Source: Myxococcota bacterium (lineage in GTDB: Bacteria > Myxococcota_A > UBA9160 > UBA6930). Taken from it: 64,000 bases of DNA. Position 1 is the first letter of the stretch, and every line of letters starts with the position of its first letter. The notes under the pieces are model-generated. The model searched no databases. It was not told the DNA's origin and was given only the letters and a program-made list of their open reading frames with translations. This document shows, one piece after another, positions 18,570 through 27,302 of the stretch. The stretch spans positions 206,461 through 270,460 of the forward strand of contig JANQOX010000025.1 in assembly GCA_028285625.1 (NCBI GenBank), written 5' to 3'. A program made the translations under genes and the position numbers.

Positions 18570-19181
18570 ATGCGGAGCTATGCCCTGATGGGCTTGTTGC
18601 TGGTTGGAATGGCCGGATCTGCGGGGGCCGTCCCGATCGCGGATTTCACGGGACGCGACGTTTCGCTCTCCGTCACCACAACGTCCTCGGGAGGGCAGGG
18701 GTTCTTCGCCTCGTTGGCCAGTCCGGGGGTAGCCACCATCGGGGCCGGTCCCGAGTTCACCTTGCAGCTGGGCGCCAACGGGTTCACCACCCGGACCCTG
18801 CGCGTCGACTTCGAGGGATCCGGCTTGGTCCGGGCCTACGCCGACCAGCAGTTCGCCATCGGCAACACGAGCTTCGCCGACTTCTCGTTCGAGGTGGCGT
18901 TCACCATCGCCGGGGCGGCCCTCACCGGCGCGGTCGGAAGTGGCGACCTCGTTCGAGGATCTGCCTCCGTCGCGGGCCTCGACCCGGTGATCTGGACGTT
19001 CGTGAACGAGCAAGACAACGCGTTCGGGCGGATCATGACGTTGGGGCCGCTGGGCGGCGTTGTCCCGCAGATCCAACTCTCGGCCGAGCGCGTGCCGGGC
19101 CCCGCCGCCGCGCCGCTCCTCGGATTGGCCGGCCTCGCGGCACTCGCGCTACGCCGGAGGCGTCTCCATCGCCTCGCGTAG
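18570..19181 (+). CDS. PEP-CTERM-like (VPGP variant) secreted protein
   Basis: ATG at 18570 follows GGAGAG. Signal peptide MRSYALMGLLLVGMAGSAGA. C-terminus ERVPGPAAAPLLGLAGLAALALRRRR. Confidence 0.75.
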   Translation: MRSYALMGLLLVGMAGSAGAVPIADFTGRDVSLSVTTTSSGGQGFFASLASPGVATIGAGPEFTLQLGANGFTTRTLRVDFEGSGLVRAYADQQFAIGNTSFADFSFEVAFTIAGAALTGAVGSGDLVRGSASVAGLDPVIWTFVNEQDNAFGRIMTLGPLGGVVPQIQLSAERVPGPAAAPLLGLAGLAALALRRRRLHRLA

Positions 19182-19601
19182 CCGTTCGAACTGCTCGGTG
19201 TGCGCCGCTTCGGCCGTCCGCGCGGCGTAGCCAAGCAGCAGGCCGGGGGCCTCGATCTCTACCCTCTCGATCAGGCGGGTACCCGTTCCCTCTGCTGCGA
19301 GCACGAAGCGATTGACCAGGTGAACGCGCGCAGGCGCCCAGGCCTCGGCGAATAGCTCGGTCGGGGACACGACGCGCATCGTGGCCGTGTAGGTCGATCG
19401 CCAGGAGAACGGGCCGAGGGTGAGGCGCTCGAGCATCTCGCACCGTTGTGTGTCCGCATCTTCGGGATCGCGCGGCAGCTCGGTGATCCGGATCAACAGC
19501 GGGTGGAAGTCGCGGTAGTTCCGTAGGTCGCGCAGCTGCTCGTGGACCCGCTCGAGCGGGGCATCGATCAAGGTCTCGACGGTGAAGCGCGCGGTCTTCA
19601 T
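19149..19601 (-). CDS. SRPBCC (START/polyketide cyclase-like) family protein
   Basis: 150 aa. MKTARFTVETLIDAPLERVHEQLRDLRNYRDFHP is the typical SRPBCC N-terminus. Confidence 0.7.
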   Translation of the reverse strand: MKTARFTVETLIDAPLERVHEQLRDLRNYRDFHPLLIRITELPRDPEDADTQRCEMLERLTLGPFSWRSTYTATMRVVSPTELFAEAWAPARVHLVNRFVLAAEGTGTRLIERVEIEAPGLLLGYAARTAEAAHTEQFERLREAMETPPA

Positions 19602-19677
19602 GGCGCGCCGAGCTTACGCCGTGATCGCCCGGTCGGCCTGGATGCCGACCCCTGCGGCTGGCATCCTCTTCAGGGCC

Positions 19678-19944
19678 ATGAAACCGCTCCTCCCGCTCCT
19701 GCTGGTCCTGGGCCTGGCCTGTGCGTCTGGCCCGCTTGGGCCCGACGGCCAGCCCGACCCCGGCTCGGCGATCAAGACGACCGCGAGCGATCGCCCCGGC
19801 AGCGTGAACTGCGGCGCGAAGTGCCAGATGCGCCGCGGCCGAAACTGCCCCTGCGCCGGCGTGGCTGGCCACACGGGGCGTCCGAACCCGTCCGCACCGA
19901 AACCGGCCAGTCCAGAGTCCCAGGAGTCTCCTGAGGACGAGTAG
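19678..19944 (+). CDS. Small lipoprotein, function unknown
   Basis: MKPLLPLLLVLGLAC lipobox, 88 aa. The track ORF start at 19582 is antisense to the SRPBCC gene. Confidence 0.55.
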   Translation: MKPLLPLLLVLGLACASGPLGPDGQPDPGSAIKTTASDRPGSVNCGAKCQMRRGRNCPCAGVAGHTGRPNPSAPKPASPESQESPEDE

Positions 19945-19959
19945 CCGAGTCTCGCTCAG

Positions 19960-20790
19960 CTAGGCGCGCCGGCGGCGTCCGAAGGCGAACAGGCCGGCAG
20001 CCGCGAGCAGCCCAGCGAGTGTGGGCTCCGAGAGCGTGAAGGCGCGGATGTCCTGGGCGCCGGGCAGCGGCGCGACGGTCGTCAGGAGCCTCACGACCTG
20101 GCCCGATGCCGGGTTGTACTCGAACACGTGATCGTCGCGGAACGCGACGCCGTTGATCGCCTCGTCCGCCAGCGTCGAGAGCAGCAGGTTGCCGTTGCCG
20201 CGCTGGTAGACGGCCACGACGTCGGCGTCGCCATCGTCCCAGATGCCCGTCAGGTCGAAGGCGAGGGCGAAGCTGCCCGTGGTGCGGTCGTAGGTGAAGA
20301 GGTCCTCGTCCTGGAAGGTGAGGGCGCCGACCGACACCGTTCCGGTGGAGGAGAGCAGGAGCAGGTTGTCATCGATCACGTGCACCGCGTCGATGTCTAC
20401 GCCGCCTCCGCTGAGCAGGCCGCTCATGTCGGCGTAGATCGATGCGGTGTCCGTGGCGGGGTCGTACAGAAAGAGGTCCTCGTCCTGCACGGTGAGGTTG
20501 GGCCCCGCGAGATCGAGCGTGGCGCCGCCGGACGTGGACATCACGAAGGTGCCGTCCGGGAGCTTGTGCAGGGCGTCGATGTGCTCGTTGCCCGTGAAAA
20601 GGGCACCTTCCGTCACGACCACCTGCGCCGTGGTGTTCACGGGGGCGTCCGGGTCCCAGAAGAGGATGTCGCCATTGTCGGCGCCGGTGAAGTCGGCATT
20701 GTTCGACCAGTACATGTCGAGCGCGAAGGAGGGTGAGGCCAGCGCACCGAGCGCCACGCCGAGTGCCATGAGAGAGAGGAAGCGATTCAT
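19960..20790 (-). CDS. PEP-CTERM secreted protein with about four internal repeats (beta-propeller-like)
   Basis: Signal peptide MNRFLSLMALGVALGALASPSFA. Repeats GDILFWDPDAP / QDEDLFLYDPATD / QDEDLFTYDRTTG / RDDHVFEYNPASG. C-terminus LSEPTLAGLLAAAGLFAFGRRRRA. Confidence 0.8.
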   Translation of the reverse strand: MNRFLSLMALGVALGALASPSFALDMYWSNNADFTGADNGDILFWDPDAPVNTTAQVVVTEGALFTGNEHIDALHKLPDGTFVMSTSGGATLDLAGPNLTVQDEDLFLYDPATDTASIYADMSGLLSGGGVDIDAVHVIDDNLLLLSSTGTVSVGALTFQDEDLFTYDRTTGSFALAFDLTGIWDDGDADVVAVYQRGNGNLLLSTLADEAINGVAFRDDHVFEYNPASGQVVRLLTTVAPLPGAQDIRAFTLSEPTLAGLLAAAGLFAFGRRRRA

Positions 20791-20872
20791 GCCACGCAAC
20801 GAATCGGCAAGACACCGGCGGTCGTTGAGCGGCGGATCCGCAAGGCGGAGGGGTCTTGCCGGCAGCCTGCAC

Positions 20873-22078
20873 ATGAGTTGCCGGTCGCTTGCAGCACTCC
20901 TGCTCGGTCTGTGGTTCGTACTCGGTTGGGCTGCCCGCGCAGAGACGCCGGGCGACGCCTATCTGCTGGAGGACCCGCGCCTCGAGCCGATCTCGATCGA
21001 GGCACTGCTCGCCCAGCCGCCGCGGTTTCGCTTTCCGCCCGGAGAACGCGTGGTCTGGCAGGTCCGCTACCTGGGCATCCCCGTCGGTCGCGTCACGAAG
21101 CGGGTGGCCCGCTTCGTCGAGCTGGATGGCCAGCGTCTGGCCCACGTCGTGGCCACCGCGCGCACCAACGAGGTGTTCTCGCTTCTCTACAAGCTCGACG
21201 ACCGCGCCGAAGCCTGGATCGACGTCGACACCCTGCGTACGGTGCAGACGGCGACGCTGACCCGCCACCGCAGCGCGCGCGAGGTCTATGAGGAGGTCGC
21301 CTTCGACTGGGAGTCGCGCCTCGTCCACGTGCTCGAGGACAAGCGCAGCAAGCGGGTTCGCGAACTCAGCCTCGGCCTTGGCGATCACCTGCACGACACG
21401 TTCGACCTGGTGTACGCGATCCGCGCGCTGTCTCTCGAGGACGGCCAGCATGCGGCGTTTCCGGTGTACGCCTCGGGCAAGATCTATGGCCTCGAGCTAC
21501 GCGCGCGTCGCACCACGCCAGTGGTGCACCCCGTGCTGGGCACCGTGGAGGCGGTCGAGCTGCGACCCCGCAACCTGCTCGACGGCGAGCCGCAGTCGGA
21601 CGGCCGTGGTCGGATCGTGATGTCGGCCGAGGGGCGCCACGTGCCGCTCTCGCTCCGGGGCTGGATGCGCGCCTACACCGGGATCCGGATCGGGGGGATC
21701 ACAGGCGACCTCCTCGCCTACGAGCCGGGCGATCCCGCCTGGGAGGCGCTTCCGCTGCGCGCCGAGGCCCCCCGGAGCGGGTTGCCGCAGACCGAGAACG
21801 GCCGCCTGATCGCGCGCCCCACCCGAGAGCTGAGGGCGGCTCGCGAGCGCACGGGCGTTGCGCGGGTCGACCGCAAGCACTGGTCGATCAGCCTCGAGAG
21901 CCTCGTCACGTGCGATCCGCCGGCGAGCGTGTCGCGGTTCGCGCGTACGCCGGGCCAGCGGGGGGTCGAGGCGCCGCCCTGTCGTGCGCCCGTGATGGCC
22001 GACCGGCCGGGTCCGGCCCTGGCGGAGGGCCGGGTCGATGGGCTCGCCGAAGGCCAGCCCGGAGGGTTCGGGAGCTAA
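20873..22078 (+). CDS. DUF3108 domain protein (secreted)
   Basis: ATG at 20873. Signal peptide MSCRSLAALLLGLWFVLGWAARA. WQVRYLGIPVGRV and the following beta-rich region are typical of DUF3108. Confidence 0.7.
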   Translation: MSCRSLAALLLGLWFVLGWAARAETPGDAYLLEDPRLEPISIEALLAQPPRFRFPPGERVVWQVRYLGIPVGRVTKRVARFVELDGQRLAHVVATARTNEVFSLLYKLDDRAEAWIDVDTLRTVQTATLTRHRSAREVYEEVAFDWESRLVHVLEDKRSKRVRELSLGLGDHLHDTFDLVYAIRALSLEDGQHAAFPVYASGKIYGLELRARRTTPVVHPVLGTVEAVELRPRNLLDGEPQSDGRGRIVMSAEGRHVPLSLRGWMRAYTGIRIGGITGDLLAYEPGDPAWEALPLRAEAPRSGLPQTENGRLIARPTRELRAARERTGVARVDRKHWSISLESLVTCDPPASVSRFARTPGQRGVEAPPCRAPVMADRPGPALAEGRVDGLAEGQPGGFGS

Positions 22079-23835
22079 CGCTCGACCTCGAGCAGTTCGG
22101 CCCAGGCGCCGTCGGACTCGCCGGCCAGGCAGTGCACCAGCTTGTCCGCGGTCATGGGTTCGGCCAGCAAGAACCCCTGGGCCCGGTGACAGCCCAGGTC
22201 GCGCACGGCGTGAAGCTGCTCTCGCGTCTCGACGCCCTCGGCCACGACGTTGCAGCCGAGCCCGCGCGCCATCGTCAGCATGCCTTCGACCACCGCGCGG
22301 TCGAGCGAGGACGAGGGCAGGCCCGCCACGAACGTGCGGTCGATCTTCAGCGCATCGAGCGGCAGCCGCCGCAGGGCCTGGATGGTCGCGAAGCCCGTTC
22401 CGAAGTCGTCCAGTGCGGCTCGCACCCCCGCGCGCCGCAGCCTGCGCAGGTTCTCGATGCCGCGCTCCTTCTCGTGGATCGCCACGCTCTCGGTGATCTC
22501 CAGCTCGAGCAGCGCCGGGTCGAACGCCTGGTCGCGCAGCACCGAGTTCACGAGATCGGGAAAGCGCGCGTCGGCGAGTTGCTGTCCCGAGACATTCACG
22601 GCGATCGGCAGCGGTCCATGGCCGGCTGCGGAGATCTCGACGATCTCCTTCACCGCCTGGCGCAGCACCCACTCGCCGATGGCCCCGATCATGCCCAGCC
22701 GCTCGGCCTCCTCGACCAGGCGCGCCGGGCTTCCGCCGGGCCCATCCGGGGCTTCCCAGCGAAGCAGGGCTTCGGCGCCCACGATCTCGCCCGTCGTGAG
22801 ATCGACCTGCGGCTGGTAGTTCAGCGTCAGTTCGTTCCGATCGAGCGCCCTGCGTAGGAGCGCCCCCGACCGCATGCCCAGCGCGAGCTGCGGTCGCATG
22901 CCGTGGGCGTAGAAGGCGTGGCGATCACCGCCACTGCCCTTGGCCTCGCCCATCGCCAGCTCGGCGTGGCGCAGCAGCGTGTCGGCGTCGTCACCGTCGT
23001 CGGGAAAGCGTGCGATGCCCAGCGTCGATTGGACGCGGTGTTCGACGTCGCCTACGACGATCGGCTCGGCGAGGGATTCGATCAGGCGCCTGGCCACGAC
23101 CTCGAGCCCGTCTCGGCTGCTCGGGTCCTGGGCCATCATCACGAACTCGTCACCCCCCAGGCGCGCCAGGACGTCGCTCGAACGGGAGGCTTCGCTCATG
23201 CGTCGGGCCAGGGTGCGGAGCAGTTCGTCGCCCACGGCGTGCCCGTGGCGGTCGTTCACCTGGTGGAACGCGTCGAGGTCGACGAAGAGCACCGCCAGCG
23301 GGGTGCCCGCACGGCGCGCCCTGGGCAGGGCCTCTTCGAGGCGCTCGAGAAACGCGTAACGATTGAGTAGTCCGGTGAGCGCGTCGTGGGTGGCGAGAAA
23401 GTACTCCTGCCGGCGAGCGTCGCGAAGGTCGCGCAGGACCCGGTGGCGCTCGATCGCGTTCAGCACCATGCCGACGAAGCTGCGTCCGCCACGGCCCTTG
23501 ACCGCGTACTCCTGTGCGCCGAGGCCTACGGCGTCGAGCGCGAGATCCTGGTCGTCGCGATCCGACATCACGATCACGGGGATCGAGGGCGCGGCTTCCT
23601 TGGCCCGCATCAGCGCCGTCATGCCATGGCCGTCGGGCAACGACAGGTCGAGCAGGAACACCTGGTAGCCGCCGGCCGCCGTGGCGTGCAACGCCTCTTC
23701 GAGCGTGCGGACCCGGTGGCACGAGAAGCGGAACTCGTCGTGGTCCTCCAGCAGGCTCTGGAGCGCCTGCGCGTCCGCATCGTCGTCCTCGGCGAGCAGG
23801 ACGCGGATCACGGGCCGGGAGAGGCGGGACTCCAT
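22075..23835 (-). CDS. Response regulator REC-GGDEF-EAL (c-di-GMP turnover)
   Basis: REC domain: VLLAEDDDAD...FLLDLSLPDGHG. Intact GGDEF: LARLGGDEFVMMA. EAL domain: YQPQVDL...GAEALLRW, DDFGTGFA. Confidence 0.92.
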   Translation of the reverse strand: MESRLSRPVIRVLLAEDDDADAQALQSLLEDHDEFRFSCHRVRTLEEALHATAAGGYQVFLLDLSLPDGHGMTALMRAKEAAPSIPVIVMSDRDDQDLALDAVGLGAQEYAVKGRGGRSFVGMVLNAIERHRVLRDLRDARRQEYFLATHDALTGLLNRYAFLERLEEALPRARRAGTPLAVLFVDLDAFHQVNDRHGHAVGDELLRTLARRMSEASRSSDVLARLGGDEFVMMAQDPSSRDGLEVVARRLIESLAEPIVVGDVEHRVQSTLGIARFPDDGDDADTLLRHAELAMGEAKGSGGDRHAFYAHGMRPQLALGMRSGALLRRALDRNELTLNYQPQVDLTTGEIVGAEALLRWEAPDGPGGSPARLVEEAERLGMIGAIGEWVLRQAVKEIVEISAAGHGPLPIAVNVSGQQLADARFPDLVNSVLRDQAFDPALLELEITESVAIHEKERGIENLRRLRRAGVRAALDDFGTGFATIQALRRLPLDALKIDRTFVAGLPSSSLDRAVVEGMLTMARGLGCNVVAEGVETREQLHAVRDLGCHRAQGFLLAEPMTADKLVHCLAGESDGAWAELLEVER

Positions 23836-23991
23836 GCACGGGGCATCGGCCTCCGGCAGGCCGGAACTTGACCCCGGGGTGGCCCCGTGGGGAAGGCTGA
23901 AGGTCCGATGAGGCCAGGTCGCGCGGAGGAGGGCCCGCCCCTAATCTCGCCCGCGAACGGCCTACCGCCCCTTCCGTCCGTTTCCGATCGG

Positions 23992-24014
23992 CAGACGCCC
24001 TCGGAGGGCGTCTG
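23992..24014. promoter_or_regulatory. Perfect 11+1+11 inverted repeat in the divergent promoter / 5' leader of the desaturase gene
   Basis: CAGACGCCCTC-G-GAGGGCGTCTG, checked base by base. It ends 24 nt before the GTG start at 24038 and just before the GAGGGGGG SD. Confidence 0.35.
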
Positions 24015-24037
24015 GGGTGGCCTGAGGGGGGCATGCC

Positions 24038-25042
24038 GTGAACACCGGCTACGTCGTGACGACCGAGCCCAATCCCCATTTTGCGCGGGGGGCCGAGATC
24101 CGGCGCTTGTACCCCGAGGTCAAGCGCTGGTTCGGCCGCGACCCGTTCTCGCAGGTGTGCGTTCTCGGCGTGGTCGGCCTTCAGCTCGCCATGGCCTTTC
24201 TGCTCCGCGACGCCGGCTGGGGCTGGGTCGCCTTGGCCGCCTGGTGCATCGGGGCTTTCGCGAGCCACTCGCTGTTCGTGCTGATCCACGATGCGGCACA
24301 CAATCTGATCGGCCGCGGCTCCAAGGCCAACCGGTGGTGGGGCATTGCCTGCAACGTGGGCCAGGGCTTTCCGAGCGCCATGCCGTTCCGCACGTTCCAC
24401 CTGCTCCACCACTCGCACCTCGACGAGTACGACTGGGATGGCGATCTGGCCTTCCACGCCGAGGCGCGCTTCGTGGGCAACTCGCCGTGGCGCAAGGCAC
24501 TCTGGCTGGCGGCGTTTCCCCTGATCGAGATCGTTCGGCCCGAGCGAATCGATCGCCCGACCTGGGACCGCTGGCAGTGGGTCAACCTCGCGGTGATCGT
24601 GGCGACCGACCTGGCGATCCTGTGGGTCGCCGGGCCGCAGGGACTCGCCTACGTGCTGCTCTCGACCATCTTCGGACTGGGACTGCATCCCACCGGCGCA
24701 CGTTGGGTGCAGGAGCACTACACGTTCGAGCCAGGCCAGGAGACCTACAGCTACTACGGTCCGATCAACAAGGTGGCGTTCAACATCGGATACCACAACG
24801 AGCATCACGACCTGCCGGCGGTGCCGTGGCGGCACCTGCCCAAGGTGCGGGCGACGGCGCCCGAGTTCTACGACGGCCTGTACGCGCATCGCTCGTACGT
24901 GCGACTGCTGGTGCGCTTTCTCACCGATCGCAACGTCGATCTGTTCAGTCGGATCACACGCGAGCGCCCTCGTCGCGGCGCGCGCGCCCAGGGCGAAGCC
25001 CCCGCGGCCTCCCACGCCGAGGCGCCCGAGGCCGCCGCCTAG
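24038..25042 (+). CDS. Sphingolipid delta-4 desaturase (DEGS / Lipid_DES + fatty acid desaturase) family protein
   Basis: Three His boxes: HDAAHN, HLLHHSH, HNEHHD. GLHPTGARWVQEHY and FNIGYHNEHHDLPAVPW resemble the DEGS1 signatures as I recall them. The N-terminus PHFARGAEIRRLYPEVKRWF resembles the Lipid_DES N-domain. Confidence 0.85.
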   Translation: MNTGYVVTTEPNPHFARGAEIRRLYPEVKRWFGRDPFSQVCVLGVVGLQLAMAFLLRDAGWGWVALAAWCIGAFASHSLFVLIHDAAHNLIGRGSKANRWWGIACNVGQGFPSAMPFRTFHLLHHSHLDEYDWDGDLAFHAEARFVGNSPWRKALWLAAFPLIEIVRPERIDRPTWDRWQWVNLAVIVATDLAILWVAGPQGLAYVLLSTIFGLGLHPTGARWVQEHYTFEPGQETYSYYGPINKVAFNIGYHNEHHDLPAVPWRHLPKVRATAPEFYDGLYAHRSYVRLLVRFLTDRNVDLFSRITRERPRRGARAQGEAPAASHAEAPEAAA

Positions 25043-25125
25043 CCCGACGCCCTCGGTTCGGCAGCTTGGCGGACGATGAAGAGCGTTGTTGCATGTGCGC
25101 GCGTCGCGCCTAGATTGCGCGCGCC

Positions 25126-25962
25126 ATGAAGTCGCGCGTGTTCGTCGCCTTGCTCGTCTCCGTCTGCCTTGCCGGTTGCACGGCCGTCGGTGTCGATCCC
25201 GTGGGCATGCCGCTCCGGCCTTCTCAGGCAGCACATCAGCTCACGGTGGTCTCCTGGAATGCCCAGAAGGGGTCAGACCCGCGCTTCACCCGCGACCTGC
25301 AGTCGCTCCTGCGCGCCGAGACGCCGGACCTGGTGTTCCTGCAAGAGGCGCGAGCAGAGCTGGCCGAAGGGGTCGGCCTCCCGGGCCTGTTCGCACGCAG
25401 CTGGTCCTACCCGTGGCCGGGTGGGAAGACGGTGGGCGTGCTCACGCTCTCGCGCAGTCCGGCCCTCCGCGCCCGTCCGGTACGCAGCCCGAGCCGTGAG
25501 TTCGGATGGACCGCGCCGAAGATGTCGCTGGTGTCCGAGCACCGCCTCCCGGGCGGTCGCAGCCTGCTGGCTGCCAACGTGCACCTGCTCAACTTCGAGC
25601 GGTTCGGGACGAGGCAGCTCGACGGCCAGCTCGAGGGGCTCATCGGTCGCCTGGCGGCCCACGAGGGCCCGATCGTGATCGCGGGGGACTTCAATGCGTG
25701 GAGCCCGGCCCGGCTGGCTCGGGTGGCGGAGCTCGCGTCCGGGCTGGGGCTCCAGGAGGTTCAGGGCTTCGGGCTGGGCCGGCGCACGGGCGATCTGGGC
25801 CAGGGCTGGGCGAACCGGCTGCTCGGCGTCGACCCGAGCCTGGCGCTCGACCGCGTCTACTACCGCGAACTCGTGCTGCTCGGCGCCAAGGTGCTCGACT
25901 ACCGCTCGTCCGACCACGCACCGCTGTCGGTCACATTCGGGTTGGAGGCTCCGCGGAGCTGA
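25126..25962 (+). CDS. Endonuclease/exonuclease/phosphatase (EEP) family lipoprotein
   Basis: Lipobox VCLAGC. EEP motifs VVSWNAQKG, VFLQEA, IAGDFNAW, SDHAPLSV. Confidence 0.85.
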   Translation: MKSRVFVALLVSVCLAGCTAVGVDPVGMPLRPSQAAHQLTVVSWNAQKGSDPRFTRDLQSLLRAETPDLVFLQEARAELAEGVGLPGLFARSWSYPWPGGKTVGVLTLSRSPALRARPVRSPSREFGWTAPKMSLVSEHRLPGGRSLLAANVHLLNFERFGTRQLDGQLEGLIGRLAAHEGPIVIAGDFNAWSPARLARVAELASGLGLQEVQGFGLGRRTGDLGQGWANRLLGVDPSLALDRVYYRELVLLGAKVLDYRSSDHAPLSVTFGLEAPRS

Positions 25963-26034
25963 CGCCAGCTGGCGCGAGACCCGGGCGAACCGAGCCGGTC
26001 GCGGTTACCGTGCGGCGTGGAGGATTCGCACCGA

Positions 26035-26610
26035 ATGAACCGAATCGCCCGTGCTGTCGCGCCCGTTCTCGCGGCCTTTCTGGCCCTTGGCTGCGAGAGC
26101 CTGCTGCCGCACCAGCGGACCCATCTCGATTCGCCCTGGGCCGAGTTCGACGACGCGCTGGCGGCGTTCCATGCGATCGAGGTTGGCGAGACACGGCAGG
26201 AAGACCTGGCGCACCTCGGCATCGACCCCTACCGAAGCGACAACGTCGAGATCCTCACGTACATGGACGTGTTCCAGAAGTTCGTGCCCAACGACGGCAT
26301 CCGTCTCGACCAGCAGTCCGTGGGCGTCCAGGATTGCATCGCCGCGCGTGAGCGCTGCCTGGGTCTCCAGATCGAACCGTTCCGCGAGTACGGGCGCGAA
26401 TACGGCAACTTCTGGTCGAACTTCTTCCGCTTCCGCGAGCAGACCGAGATCGCCGGCTGGGTGTTCGAGTCGACCGTCGTGATGGTGGACGACGTGGTGG
26501 TCTACAAGCTGTGGGAGGGCAATCCCACCGTGATGAAGCGGCAGGACAAGGTCAAGCCGCTCGGGCCCTTCCAGGACATCGACATCAAGATGAAGCTGGA
26601 GTTCCCCTAG
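26035..26610 (+). CDS. Lipoprotein, function unknown
   Basis: MNRIARAVAPVLAAFLALGC lipobox. GGAGGA lies upstream. Confidence 0.7.
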   Translation: MNRIARAVAPVLAAFLALGCESLLPHQRTHLDSPWAEFDDALAAFHAIEVGETRQEDLAHLGIDPYRSDNVEILTYMDVFQKFVPNDGIRLDQQSVGVQDCIAARERCLGLQIEPFREYGREYGNFWSNFFRFREQTEIAGWVFESTVVMVDDVVVYKLWEGNPTVMKRQDKVKPLGPFQDIDIKMKLEFP

Positions 26611-26631
26611 CGCGGGTGCCTCGGCACCGCG
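26611..26631. terminator. Weak bulged hairpin between convergent genes (possible bidirectional terminator)
   Basis: CGCGGGTGCC-TC-GGCACCGCG: a GGTGC/GCACC core plus 3 bp after a bulge. No U-tract. Confidence 0.3.
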
Positions 26632-26643
26632 TGGGGTCTCGCC

Positions 26644-26931
26644 CTACTCGGGACGGATCTGCGTCCAGCCGTCGTCGAGCATGCAGCGCATGAAGACATT
26701 GCCGCGCTGATCGACCGACTGGCGCTCTCGACGCTCGGTGCGGGTGGTGACGTCATCCGCTTCGGCCTTCTCGAGGCAGCGCGCGAAGGCGGCCTCGCGG
26801 TCGGCGTCGCTCGCACCGGGCTTGGTCCATACCGGCTCGGCCGGGACTTCGGCGCAGGCGCCCCAGAGCAGGGCTCCAGCGAGCAATGCAAGCGCGGTCC
26901 ATCGATTCCTGCGCGCGGTCCATCGACTCAT
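26644..26931 (-). CDS. Small lipoprotein, function unknown
   Basis: MSRWTARRNRWTALALLAGALLWGAC lipobox, 95 aa. Confidence 0.6.
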   Translation of the reverse strand: MSRWTARRNRWTALALLAGALLWGACAEVPAEPVWTKPGASDADREAAFARCLEKAEADDVTTRTERRERQSVDQRGNVFMRCMLDDGWTQIRPE

Positions 26932-26997
26932 GCGTCTCCCTCGCAACAACCGCGGAGGCTACCACAGCGCGGCGTCGGCTCTGGCTGGGTCGGGGGC

Positions 26998-27288
26998 TCA
27001 GTCGCCCGGATGCACTTCGCATCGAAGGTTGCCGTCGTCGCCCAGTTCGCAACGGGGGTCTTCCGACGGGTACGCCGGCTCGATGTCGAGCGTGCGGCGC
27101 ACCAGCGGGCAGACCAGGTGGTCGCCGCTGACCCAGCAGCCCTTCCCGACCTGGGGCGCCTTGGCCTCGAACGAGCACGCGCACTCGCAGGGCGGCGCCT
27201 CGACGTTCACCACGGGCGGCGGCGTCTCGCACGCCACGACGAGTGCAAGACAGGACAGCAGCAGAACCGTCGATGCGAGTCGAACCAT
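26998..27288 (-). CDS. Small Cys-rich lipoprotein
   Basis: MVRLASTVLLLSCLALVVAC lipobox, then 8 further Cys (CECAC, GCW, VCP, RCE, RCE). It is only the 3' end of the 469-aa track ORF. Confidence 0.6.
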   Translation of the reverse strand: MVRLASTVLLLSCLALVVACETPPPVVNVEAPPCECACSFEAKAPQVGKGCWVSGDHLVCPLVRRTLDIEPAYPSEDPRCELGDDGNLRCEVHPGD

Positions 27289-27302
27289 GCTCGGATCTCT
27301 CT

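Noticed and set aside
17136-21000. Integrase gene, att direct repeat of the tRNA-Glu 3' end, or phage genes next to the tRNA.
   Set aside because: Reading both strands, I found no tyrosine/serine recombinase motifs and no copy of GGTTCGATTCCCGTTGGGGAC. The island status therefore rests only on composition and gene content.
25963-25975. CGCCAGCTGGCG palindrome after the EEP gene as a terminator.
   Set aside because: It is a 6-bp self-complementary sequence with no loop and no U-tract, too weak to call.
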